Assembly (NCBI GenBank): GCA_965248055.1
Contig: CBDFIJ010000004.1
Location: 2,016,001-2,080,000 of the forward strand
Direction of reading: 5' to 3'
DNA length: 64,000 bases
Source: Candidatus Multivoradales bacterium
GTDB lineage: Bacteria > Acidobacteriota > Thermoanaerobaculia > Multivoradales > JAHEKO01
Shown here: positions 56,886 to 64,000 of the stretch, one piece after another
How the letters are laid out: each line of letters begins with the position of its first letter
How positions within the stretch are numbered: position 1 is the stretch's first letter
The notes under the pieces: generated by a model
What the model was told of the DNA's origin: nothing
What the model saw: the letters and a program-made list of their open reading frames with translations, nothing else
The model's database searches: none
Program-made: the position numbers and the translations under genes

Positions 56886-57812
56886 TTAGAAAAGACGGCT
56901 GATATAAAAGCCGTAAGCGCCGAGTAGCAGCAACCCACCCACCTTACCGATCCGCAGTTTCCAGATCATCAACGGAATCATTGCGACCGCGAACCCGACT
57001 AGGCCATAGATCTCCAAGGCCGTTGGCCCAACTCCGAAGCGAAAAGGATGGACCACCGCGGTGGTGCCGAAGACCGCTAAGATATTGAAAATATTGGAGC
57101 CAACGACGTTACCTAGCACCAAGTCGTACTCGCGTTTGGCGGTGGCGGCGATCGCCGCGGCCAGCTCTGGAATACTGGTGCCGACCGCAACCAAGGTCAG
57201 GCCGATCACGCGCTCGGAGACTCCCAACGCTACGGCGACACCAGTCGCTCCTTGAATCAATATGTGAGCGCCGACCGTTAGCAGGACAATTCCAACTGCG
57301 GTGACTAACAGGGGGGTCATCAGTCTTTGGTGTGTTTCGCCTTCGCTGGTCTCCGAGGTCGGGTCAGCGAAAGAGCCTCGAAACAGGACTCCGACGTAGA
57401 CCGCCAAGAGCGCCACCAACAAGAACCCTTCGATGCGCGCCAAGCGACCATCCCACGCGAACCCCAGCCCGAGCACTGTCACCAAGATCATGAACGGAAC
57501 TTGCTTCAGCAGGAAACCAAAAGAAGTGGTCAGTGGAGCCAACAACGCGGCCACCCCCAAGATCAGCCCGATGTTCGCAATGTTTGAACCGACCACATTG
57601 CCGTAGGCGACCTCCGGTACACCGGATATGGTGGCAATCAGTGATGCCGCGAGTTCCGGAGCCGAGGTACCGAACGCCACCACGGTAAGGCCGATGACTA
57701 ACCGACCGACCGACATGGCGTTGGCCAGTTGCGTGGCGCCTCGAACCAGCCACTCTCCACCAAGATAGAGCAGGGCAACGCCGAGAGCGGTTTGGAGTAG
57801 ATCCCACAGCAT
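56886..57812 (-). CDS. Calcium/sodium antiporter (YrbG-like)
   Basis: Two alpha-repeats GTS.PE...GNVVGSNI.NI. Confidence 0.93.
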   Translation of the reverse strand: MLWDLLQTALGVALLYLGGEWLVRGATQLANAMSVGRLVIGLTVVAFGTSAPELAASLIATISGVPEVAYGNVVGSNIANIGLILGVAALLAPLTTSFGFLLKQVPFMILVTVLGLGFAWDGRLARIEGFLLVALLAVYVGVLFRGSFADPTSETSEGETHQRLMTPLLVTAVGIVLLTVGAHILIQGATGVAVALGVSERVIGLTLVAVGTSIPELAAAIAATAKREYDLVLGNVVGSNIFNILAVFGTTAVVHPFRFGVGPTALEIYGLVGFAVAMIPLMIWKLRIGKVGGLLLLGAYGFYISRLF

Positions 57813-57857
57813 GAGCCGGGATTCTGCCACAGGGGGAGAAACGGTTAGCATGGCCGG

Positions 57858-58031
57858 ATGGGTTGGTTCTCGAAACTGTCAATGTTTTTTTGCGTCGTCT
57901 TTGGTGGCGCCTATCTGCTCTGGCTGACCTGGGCCGAGGGCTGGATTCTGGGCGTCCTGTTGGCGGTATTGACCCTGGTCGGTGTTCTCGGTTTGGCGGT
58001 ACACACGGTCCTCGCCGAGCGTGAGGAATAG
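57858..58031 (+). CDS. Unannotated 57-aa two-TM small protein
   Basis: MGWFSKLSMFFCVVFGGAYLLWLTWAEGWILGVLLAVLTLVGVLGLAVHTVLAEREE; TAGCAT 6 nt upstream of ATG. Confidence 0.65.
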   Translation: MGWFSKLSMFFCVVFGGAYLLWLTWAEGWILGVLLAVLTLVGVLGLAVHTVLAEREE

Positions 58032-58183
58032 CCGTAACACGGCGAGCGATGGGGGGCTTTGGTACCATCAGGGGTCCGGCAACCGCATAAAGCTGTCTAG
58101 CCGGAAGCATTTTCGGGTAGTTTGAGTTTGAGATCGAAGGGTTGAAAACTGGGTTGCCCGGTTTTAGGGAAAGTGAAGAAATT

Positions 58184-58441
58184 ATGGCTACCAATCGATC
58201 ATCCATGGCTAGACGCCAACGAGAACGTAAACGGCAACAAAAACGCCGTGAGAAACAAGCTGCGCGCGAAGAGCGCAGAATTGTAAAAAAGGAAGCGGAA
58301 CCGACCGAGATTCCTGACAATCCAATGGACGACCCGACCATTGACTGGGGTGCTGCGGTTCGCGAAGGGGACAACCTAGCGGTCAATCCGGTCGAGGAAG
58401 AAGAAGTCGAGGAAGAAGAGCTTGAGGAGGCTTCCGCTTAG
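58184..58441 (+). CDS. Small charged protein (basic N-half, acidic C-half)
   Basis: MATNRSSMARRQRERKRQQKRREK...DDP.IDW...EEEE. Confidence 0.7.
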   Translation: MATNRSSMARRQRERKRQQKRREKQAAREERRIVKKEAEPTEIPDNPMDDPTIDWGAAVREGDNLAVNPVEEEEVEEEELEEASA

Positions 58442-59273
58442 CTTCTCAATCGCGGTCCTGATCGCTAGCTCGGTTTCTCCTTTGGCCGCTTGGGGCCCTG
58501 ATGGACATCGTCTAGCCGGAAGAATCGCATGGCTATCGCTGAGTACAGCGGCGCAGGAAGCGGTGGTGGAGATTCTGCCCAACGGTCGCTATGCGACCCT
58601 GGCGGAGGCTTCGTTTTGGGCTGACGCATATGCTCGCGAGTACGATCAATATCAGTGGGCCAACCAACTTCACTACGTCAATATAGACCCGAACAGTAGC
58701 CACTATGTTCGGCAGCGAGATTGCCGCAATGGCCAAGACTGTGTCGTCGAGGCGATTGGCCGGTTTGCTGAGGTGTTGTCCGATTTCTCCCGGCCGCTAG
58801 AGGAACGCCGAGAGGCGTTGTTTTTTCTCGCTCACTTCGTCCAAGACATTCATCAGCCGCTGCATGTCGCGCACCCGGATGGGCGCGGTGGCAATCGGAT
58901 CTTGGTCACTTGGTTTGGTCACGAACGAAATTTGCACCGAGTTTGGGATGAGGAAATTTCGGGTCGTTTCTTGCGCCGCCGACTCCCGATCACCTATTGG
59001 TTTTTCGGTCAGGCTTGGGTGCGCCAAGCCTCCGAAATGGCGAAACAACAAACGCCGCACGCTTGGCGGTCAGCAACTAATCCGGAACAGTGGGCCAACG
59101 AGTCCTTGGTCTTGTCCCAGCAGCATACCTATGGCGTGTTGTCGGGGATGAACCTGAGGAAAGATTACTACCAGCAGTCTGCCGAGGTGGCCATGACGCG
59201 TATCCATATGGCAGGGGTTCGTTTGGCACAGCTTTTGGAAACGTTATTACTGGGAGATCGTAACCAACAGTAG
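58422..59273 (+). CDS. S1/P1 nuclease
   Basis: Signal peptide then WGPDGH, WAD, HYVN, HFVQDIHQPLH, NLHRVWD. Confidence 0.92.
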   Translation: MRRLPLSFSIAVLIASSVSPLAAWGPDGHRLAGRIAWLSLSTAAQEAVVEILPNGRYATLAEASFWADAYAREYDQYQWANQLHYVNIDPNSSHYVRQRDCRNGQDCVVEAIGRFAEVLSDFSRPLEERREALFFLAHFVQDIHQPLHVAHPDGRGGNRILVTWFGHERNLHRVWDEEISGRFLRRRLPITYWFFGQAWVRQASEMAKQQTPHAWRSATNPEQWANESLVLSQQHTYGVLSGMNLRKDYYQQSAEVAMTRIHMAGVRLAQLLETLLLGDRNQQ

Positions 59274-59338
59274 AAGCTCGACGACGGGGTGTCGATAGTC
59301 ATTATTTTCTAAAGAAAAATTCAACGAAGGAGAGCAGT

Positions 59339-61384
59339 ATGAGAAGAGCGAAACTTGGAGCGATTCTAGGTTTGACCCTGTTGACTTGGGTTGGTTCGGC
59401 GCTGATGGCGACCGACCTGACCCCAGAGCAAATTTCTGCAGAAGTCACGGCAGCGATGGATAGCGAAGCTGACCCTTGTGCGGACTTTTATCAATACGCC
59501 TGTGGTGGTTGGTTGGAGACCACCGAACGACCGGCGGATCAAGCTCGCTGGGCGCGCAGTTTCTCCGTTATCCGTGAAGACAACCGCGCTTTTGTCCGCG
59601 ATGTCCTGGAGGATGCCGCACAAGATCCTGGTGAAGACCCCGACCGCGTCAAGATAGGTACTTTCTATGGAGCGTGCATGGACCAGGAAGCGATTGATGC
59701 TCGCGGTACTGAGCCGCTGCAGAAAGTCTTTGGCTTGATTGACGCTGCGGAGGGTCCAGCCGACTTTCTAAAACTCACAGCGATGGCTCAACGTCACGGA
59801 GTGGCGCCGTTTTTCGACGTCGCAGTATTCCCCGATTTTCAGAATCCAGACCTCAACATCTCTTGGATGTTCCAGGGTGGATTGGGCATGCCGGACCGCG
59901 ACTACTACGTTTCTGAAGACAGCAACAAGCAAGAACTGCTCGCTGAGTATCAGAAGCACGTAGCCCGGATGTTGGCGTTGGCGGGAATCGAAAATCAGAC
60001 GGCTGAGGAGAATGCGGCAACCGTCTTGGCGATCGAGACTCGTCTCGCACAAGCTTCACGTCCCGCCGAAGAGATGCGCATCATGGAGCGTCTTTACAAC
60101 AAGGTTGACCGGTCCGGGCTCGAAGATCTGACGCCGAGCTTGGCCTGGGGTGATTACTTTGAGACCACGGGATATGGAGACTTGGTCGACATCAGCGTCG
60201 CTACGCCCGAATTCTTCGAGGCGATTCAACAGTTGTTTGAGGACACCTCGGCAGCGGACATCAAGACCTACCTCAAGTGGCAAGCGGTCAACGGGTTGTC
60301 CACTCGGTTATCCACTGAGCTGGTCGAAGCCAGTTTCGATTTCTTTGGCAAGAAGCTTGCGGGGGTTGTGGAAATTCGTCCCCGTTGGAAGCGTTGCGTT
60401 GCCGCCACCGAGGCCGCACTCGGGGAGATTATCGGTCGGGTCTACATCAAAGAGCGTTTTGCTGGAAACTCCAAAGATGTCGCCTTGACGATGATTGCTG
60501 ATATCGAACAGGCGTTTGAAAACGGATTGCCGGGGTTGTCCTGGATGGATGACGAAACTCGGGAGCGGGCTATTGAGAAAGTCGCTACGTTGCAGGACAA
60601 GATTGGATTTCCCGACGAATGGCGTGACTACTCAGCGCTCACCGTGACTGCTGACGACTACTTCGCCAACGCCGGCAATGCGGCGGAGTTCGAATATGAC
60701 TACGAAGCGAAAAAGGTTGGCAATCCGGTCAATCGCAAAGAGTGGGGAATGACGCCACAGATGGTCAACGCTTACTACAACCCGTTGTGGAACGAGATTG
60801 CGTTTCCCGCTGGCATTTTGCAGCCTCCTTTCTTTCACAAAGACTTTCCCGCGGCGATGAATTACGGTGGCATCGGAAGCGTCATTGGCCACGAATTGAC
60901 CCACGGGTTTGACGACCAAGGCAGAAAATTTGGCCCCGATGGCAAATTTTCTGAGTGGTGGGCAGCAGAAGCGATCGAGGCCTTCCAAGAGCAAGCTCAG
61001 TGTGTGGCCGACCACTATTCAGAGTACGAAGTCGCTGAAGGTGCTTCGGTCAATGGCAACTTGACGTTGGGCGAGAACATCGCTGATATTGGCGGTGTCA
61101 AAGAGGGCTACGCCGCCTACAAGCTTTACGAAGCGCGCCAAGAGGGCTTGCAGCCGGCGGTTGAAGGGATGACCAACGATCAGTTGTTCTTCGTCTCTCA
61201 GGCTCAAGTTTGGTGTCAACTCGCCAGCGAAGAAATGGAGCGCATGCAGGTCACCACGGACCCTCATTCGCCGGCCAAGTTTCGCGTTCTGGGCCCGCTG
61301 ACCAACAACGCGGTCTTTGCTGAAGCGTTTCAGTGCGCTGAAGGTACGGCGATGAACCCAGAGCAGCGCTGCGAAGTTTGGTAG
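59339..61384 (+). CDS. M13 family metallopeptidase (neprilysin/PepO-like)
   Basis: DPC.DFYQYACGGW, VNAYY, HELTH, GENIAD, C-terminal CEVW. Confidence 0.95.
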   Translation: MRRAKLGAILGLTLLTWVGSALMATDLTPEQISAEVTAAMDSEADPCADFYQYACGGWLETTERPADQARWARSFSVIREDNRAFVRDVLEDAAQDPGEDPDRVKIGTFYGACMDQEAIDARGTEPLQKVFGLIDAAEGPADFLKLTAMAQRHGVAPFFDVAVFPDFQNPDLNISWMFQGGLGMPDRDYYVSEDSNKQELLAEYQKHVARMLALAGIENQTAEENAATVLAIETRLAQASRPAEEMRIMERLYNKVDRSGLEDLTPSLAWGDYFETTGYGDLVDISVATPEFFEAIQQLFEDTSAADIKTYLKWQAVNGLSTRLSTELVEASFDFFGKKLAGVVEIRPRWKRCVAATEAALGEIIGRVYIKERFAGNSKDVALTMIADIEQAFENGLPGLSWMDDETRERAIEKVATLQDKIGFPDEWRDYSALTVTADDYFANAGNAAEFEYDYEAKKVGNPVNRKEWGMTPQMVNAYYNPLWNEIAFPAGILQPPFFHKDFPAAMNYGGIGSVIGHELTHGFDDQGRKFGPDGKFSEWWAAEAIEAFQEQAQCVADHYSEYEVAEGASVNGNLTLGENIADIGGVKEGYAAYKLYEARQEGLQPAVEGMTNDQLFFVSQAQVWCQLASEEMERMQVTTDPHSPAKFRVLGPLTNNAVFAEAFQCAEGTAMNPEQRCEVW

Positions 61385-61385
61385 C

Positions 61386-61443
61386 CACGAGAATAGGGGA
61401 CACCATTCCATGAGAATAGGGGACACCATTCTATGGTGTCCCC
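61386..61443. repeat. Two tandem 23-bp units plus an inverted copy forming the GGGGACACCAT-tct-ATGGTGTCCCC hairpin; possible bidirectional terminator
   Basis: Units 61386-408 and 61409-431 (22/23 identical); perfect 11-bp stem 61419-29/61433-43. Confidence 0.8.
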
Positions 61444-61444
61444 C

Positions 61445-62482
61445 TCAGTCCGCTTCGGTCTCGTTGATTCGATTCACGTTGACCCGCAGCGGTCGGTCCT
61501 TGGTTGGCAGTTCTAGAATGCTGCGGAAACGCGTGCCCCAAAGCACCTCGTCCGCACAGTAGGAGGTCCGAGCGTTGACGGTTTGTGCGTAGGTGTCATC
61601 GAGCCCGGTGAGCAGAACCAGAACTTCGAGCTCTTTCTCCATTGCTTGTTCTGCGGTCCAACCGTACAACGGGCTGTCCTCGGTGATTGGATGCACGATG
61701 GTCCAAGTCAGTGGAAAGAATGCTACTCGTTGTCGCTCTAACTCAAGTTGGGCAAAATCGCGGCGGGTTGCGGTGCACTGGTGGGACTTCCAGGAGGCGA
61801 TTACCCGAGCTTGGAGGTTGATGATTTGGCTACTGCGCTTGTTTGCGGTGCGAAACATCAGTGCTTGGATGTCGCGATAAGGGGCGACCACCGCGTGGCC
61901 ACTAAATACCAGCCTTGCGTGGGGTCTGGCGAAGCGCGCAAAAACCAATCCGGTGATCAAGGCGCCGAAGAAAAAACCCAGCACGGACTGTACGGTCACC
62001 AGGGCATCAGCCAGCCAGGTTTGCGGGTAAATGTGGCCGAAGCCAATGGTTGACTGGGTTTGAATGCCGAAAAAGAAAGCTGCTGCGACTCGACTGCGTC
62101 CTTCGGGGATCGCCAGTGCGTCCGGCCCGGCAGCCAAGTAAGCAACAGCAAACACTAGGTTAATCAACAACCAGATCGCAGTGGCCGCAGCCAAGAAGCG
62201 CGGCCAAGTCGCCTCGATGGCACTGTGGTAGATCGACAGACTGTGACGCCAACTCAGGCCATAGCGTTCGACGTTGAAACTGCCGTCTTGATTCAACAGC
62301 CGTTGTTGGGTGGTGTTGGAAACCACTTCGCCAAAGCCCAAGTCCGGACTCTGATCGTTCGTATTCTCGATGTCCGTTTCGATCTGGACTGCGTCGATCT
62401 TGGAATCCGCGACGGCAGCTTCTTCAAAGCTGGGGCTCGGCCCCCCCGCCCCTTTGACCGCGGGTGTGGTTGGTTCAGTCAT
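61445..62482 (-). CDS. Inward-rectifier potassium channel (KirBac-like)
   Basis: QTQSTIGFGHIYP filter, GLVFARFARP, FPLTWTIVHPITEDSPL. Confidence 0.92.
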   Translation of the reverse strand: MTEPTTPAVKGAGGPSPSFEEAAVADSKIDAVQIETDIENTNDQSPDLGFGEVVSNTTQQRLLNQDGSFNVERYGLSWRHSLSIYHSAIEATWPRFLAAATAIWLLINLVFAVAYLAAGPDALAIPEGRSRVAAAFFFGIQTQSTIGFGHIYPQTWLADALVTVQSVLGFFFGALITGLVFARFARPHARLVFSGHAVVAPYRDIQALMFRTANKRSSQIINLQARVIASWKSHQCTATRRDFAQLELERQRVAFFPLTWTIVHPITEDSPLYGWTAEQAMEKELEVLVLLTGLDDTYAQTVNARTSYCADEVLWGTRFRSILELPTKDRPLRVNVNRINETEAD

Positions 62483-64000
62483 CGTCGAGCGATCCTACCC
62501 GGCTTGGCGCAAAGCGAGACTCAGTTCTGGACCGAGTGAACAACAAGTGCAGGGTCCGGGTGCAAAACCCCACCAACGACATCATTGGCTGCCCTGCGTC
62601 ATGTCGGTGTGCGCCGACAGCGAAGGCTTTTCGCCACTGAACCGCTAGAGTACGGATCGCCTGGAATAGCGAAGCGCTCGGGTCGTAGATGTGGGCTGCT
62701 TCGCCGGACACTCCGTTGACCTCCAAGATCGACAAGCCGACGCCTTGCTCCAAGGCTTCTGGGTTGGGCACGCGTAAATCGTAGCGGCCAACTCCCCAAC
62801 CTGCCGCTCGACTGATCTCCCCAATTTTTGCTCGCAACGCAGTCGAAGTGAGCTCCCGCGCATCAATAAAAGTCGCGCCGCGGCAGTGGGTTCCCAGATC
62901 TCCGAGCGAAATGGACTCACCGTCGCCAGGGACTTCTTGGATGTCTTCGCGTTCGGTCCAATAGCGATCTACGTGGTGGCGAGCTCGGGGGTCATGCAAG
63001 ATCAAGTCGCCGAGAGTTCTTTTGCCGTCTCCAATGACGGTGGGGAGCCGCTTTTCTGCGATCGAAAATACTTCGCCCAGTTCTTCACCGGGTCGGTCGA
63101 TCCAGAACACGCCAAATTCGTCACCCGAGACATGGGCCTGGCAGATGGTTGCCTCGCCGGTGCTGTCGAGGTAACGCTCGATATCGGAGTGGGTGCGAGC
63201 GACTACCACCTTGCGTCCTCGCTCTCCGACGTCCGGTTTGAGTACAATCTGCGGCCCGTGTTCGGCGAAAAAAGTCTGTGCAAGGCGTTCGGCTTGTTCC
63301 CGATCCCTGTGCGGTTCAACCACGATAAACGGTGGCGTTGAGTCGGCCGGCAGGCGGTGCAAGATCGCACTCTTGGATTCCCCGAGTACGCCGCCATCGA
63401 CCATCCCCTGGTTGGCGGCAGTAAAAGTCAGCCCACGGTGGCGGATCGCCAGCCAGGCACAATAGGGAATCAGCGGAGCGTAGATCAGCCAAAAGGGCCA
63501 ATACTCCCAACGCAGCCGCCTCTCCCAGCGAGCACGGAACCGTAACCGGCCGTGCCGCGTCGCTAGCAACGGTAGATTGTGAGCAAGCCACCACAGGACT
63601 CCCACAACAGCTAAGGCGATCAACCAACCGCCAGCCCGAAACCGTTCCACGAAGCCGAAAATGGGCTCTCCTACGGCGGCGGAAACGGCGACCAAAACGG
63701 GTACCCACAAGGCGGCGGCAAGCAGTAAATAGAATCCAAAGCGCCAAGCGCTAGTGCGCACCAATCCTGCGGCGAAGTAGGTGGCAACCCGTGTTCCGGG
63801 GGTGAAACGACTGGCGAAGATCAACCAGGGTCCTTGTTTTTCAAACAGTACCTTCGCTCGTTGTACTCGAGAAGGTGGCAGCCACCACTTGAGCGGTGCT
63901 CGACGCAGCGCTCGAGGACCGAGCCAACGACCGCTGGCGTAGATCATCAGATCACCGCTGACGATCCCGACAATCGAAGCAATCGACGCGTAGGCGAAAC
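62475..64000 (-). CDS. DedA/VTT-domain protein fused to an ATP-grasp-like domain (5' partial)
   Basis: SRFTPGTR (DedA); WEYWP, FTAAN..GG..GESK, LKPDVGERG, GRYDLR, LEVNG..GE..HIYDP. Confidence 0.8.
   Translation of the reverse strand, partial: FAYASIASIVGIVSGDLMIYASGRWLGPRALRRAPLKWWLPPSRVQRAKVLFEKQGPWLIFASRFTPGTRVATYFAAGLVRTSAWRFGFYLLLAAALWVPVLVAVSAAVGEPIFGFVERFRAGGWLIALAVVGVLWWLAHNLPLLATRHGRLRFRARWERRLRWEYWPFWLIYAPLIPYCAWLAIRHRGLTFTAANQGMVDGGVLGESKSAILHRLPADSTPPFIVVEPHRDREQAERLAQTFFAEHGPQIVLKPDVGERGRKVVVARTHSDIERYLDSTGEATICQAHVSGDEFGVFWIDRPGEELGEVFSIAEKRLPTVIGDGKRTLGDLILHDPRARHHVDRYWTEREDIQEVPGDGESISLGDLGTHCRGATFIDARELTSTALRAKIGEISRAAGWGVGRYDLRVPNPEALEQGVGLSILEVNGVSGEAAHIYDPSASLFQAIRTLAVQWRKAFAVGAHRHDAGQPMMSLVGFCTRTLHLLFTRSRTESRFAPSRVGSLDDD

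Noticed and set aside
57364-58386. 340-aa minus-strand ORF, and similar shadows (50306-51058, 54538-55176, 56110-56832)
   Set aside because: Antisense or off-frame shadows of well-supported genes with no motifs
61386-61443. CRISPR mini-array
   Set aside because: The repeats are directly adjacent with no spacers, and there are no cas genes

Overview
A 64-kb bacterial chromosomal segment, roughly 55-60% GC by eye. Gene style suggests a marine Acidobacteriota/Thermoanaerobaculia-like organism, which is a tentative inference. Housekeeping genes include gap-pgk-tpiA-secG-tRNA-Leu(GAG)-tsaD, pyk, proC, glnS, yidD and a cyclophilin. The window also holds a complete 4-hydroxyproline catabolic cluster, M13/M16/M23 peptidases, an S1/P1 nuclease, a KirBac channel, and a TetR-controlled operon interrupted by a defective IS5 element. 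Surface-glycan genes are scattered throughout: a deacetylase, GT4, Thr-type sulfatase-like proteins, a PA14/GT-C-like protein, rfbF, rfbC, an epimerase, and GMC oxidoreductases with Tat lipoproteins. The main observations are: (1) two independent loci where glycan-modifying cargo lies between an intact gene and a decayed, previously diverged allele of it (yidD; NAD-epimerase), with no integrase, which suggests homology-anchored additive integration; (2) a duplicated module of a signal-less GMC flavoprotein plus a Tat lipoprotein; (3) many genes with a TANNNT box 6-8 nt before the start codon and no Shine-Dalgarno, i.e. probable leaderless mRNAs; (4) an unannotated 57-aa two-helix membrane protein; (5) two families of REP/MITE-like palindromes. 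No CRISPR, prophage, integrase or rRNA was seen. All family calls come from motif recognition, not database searches.
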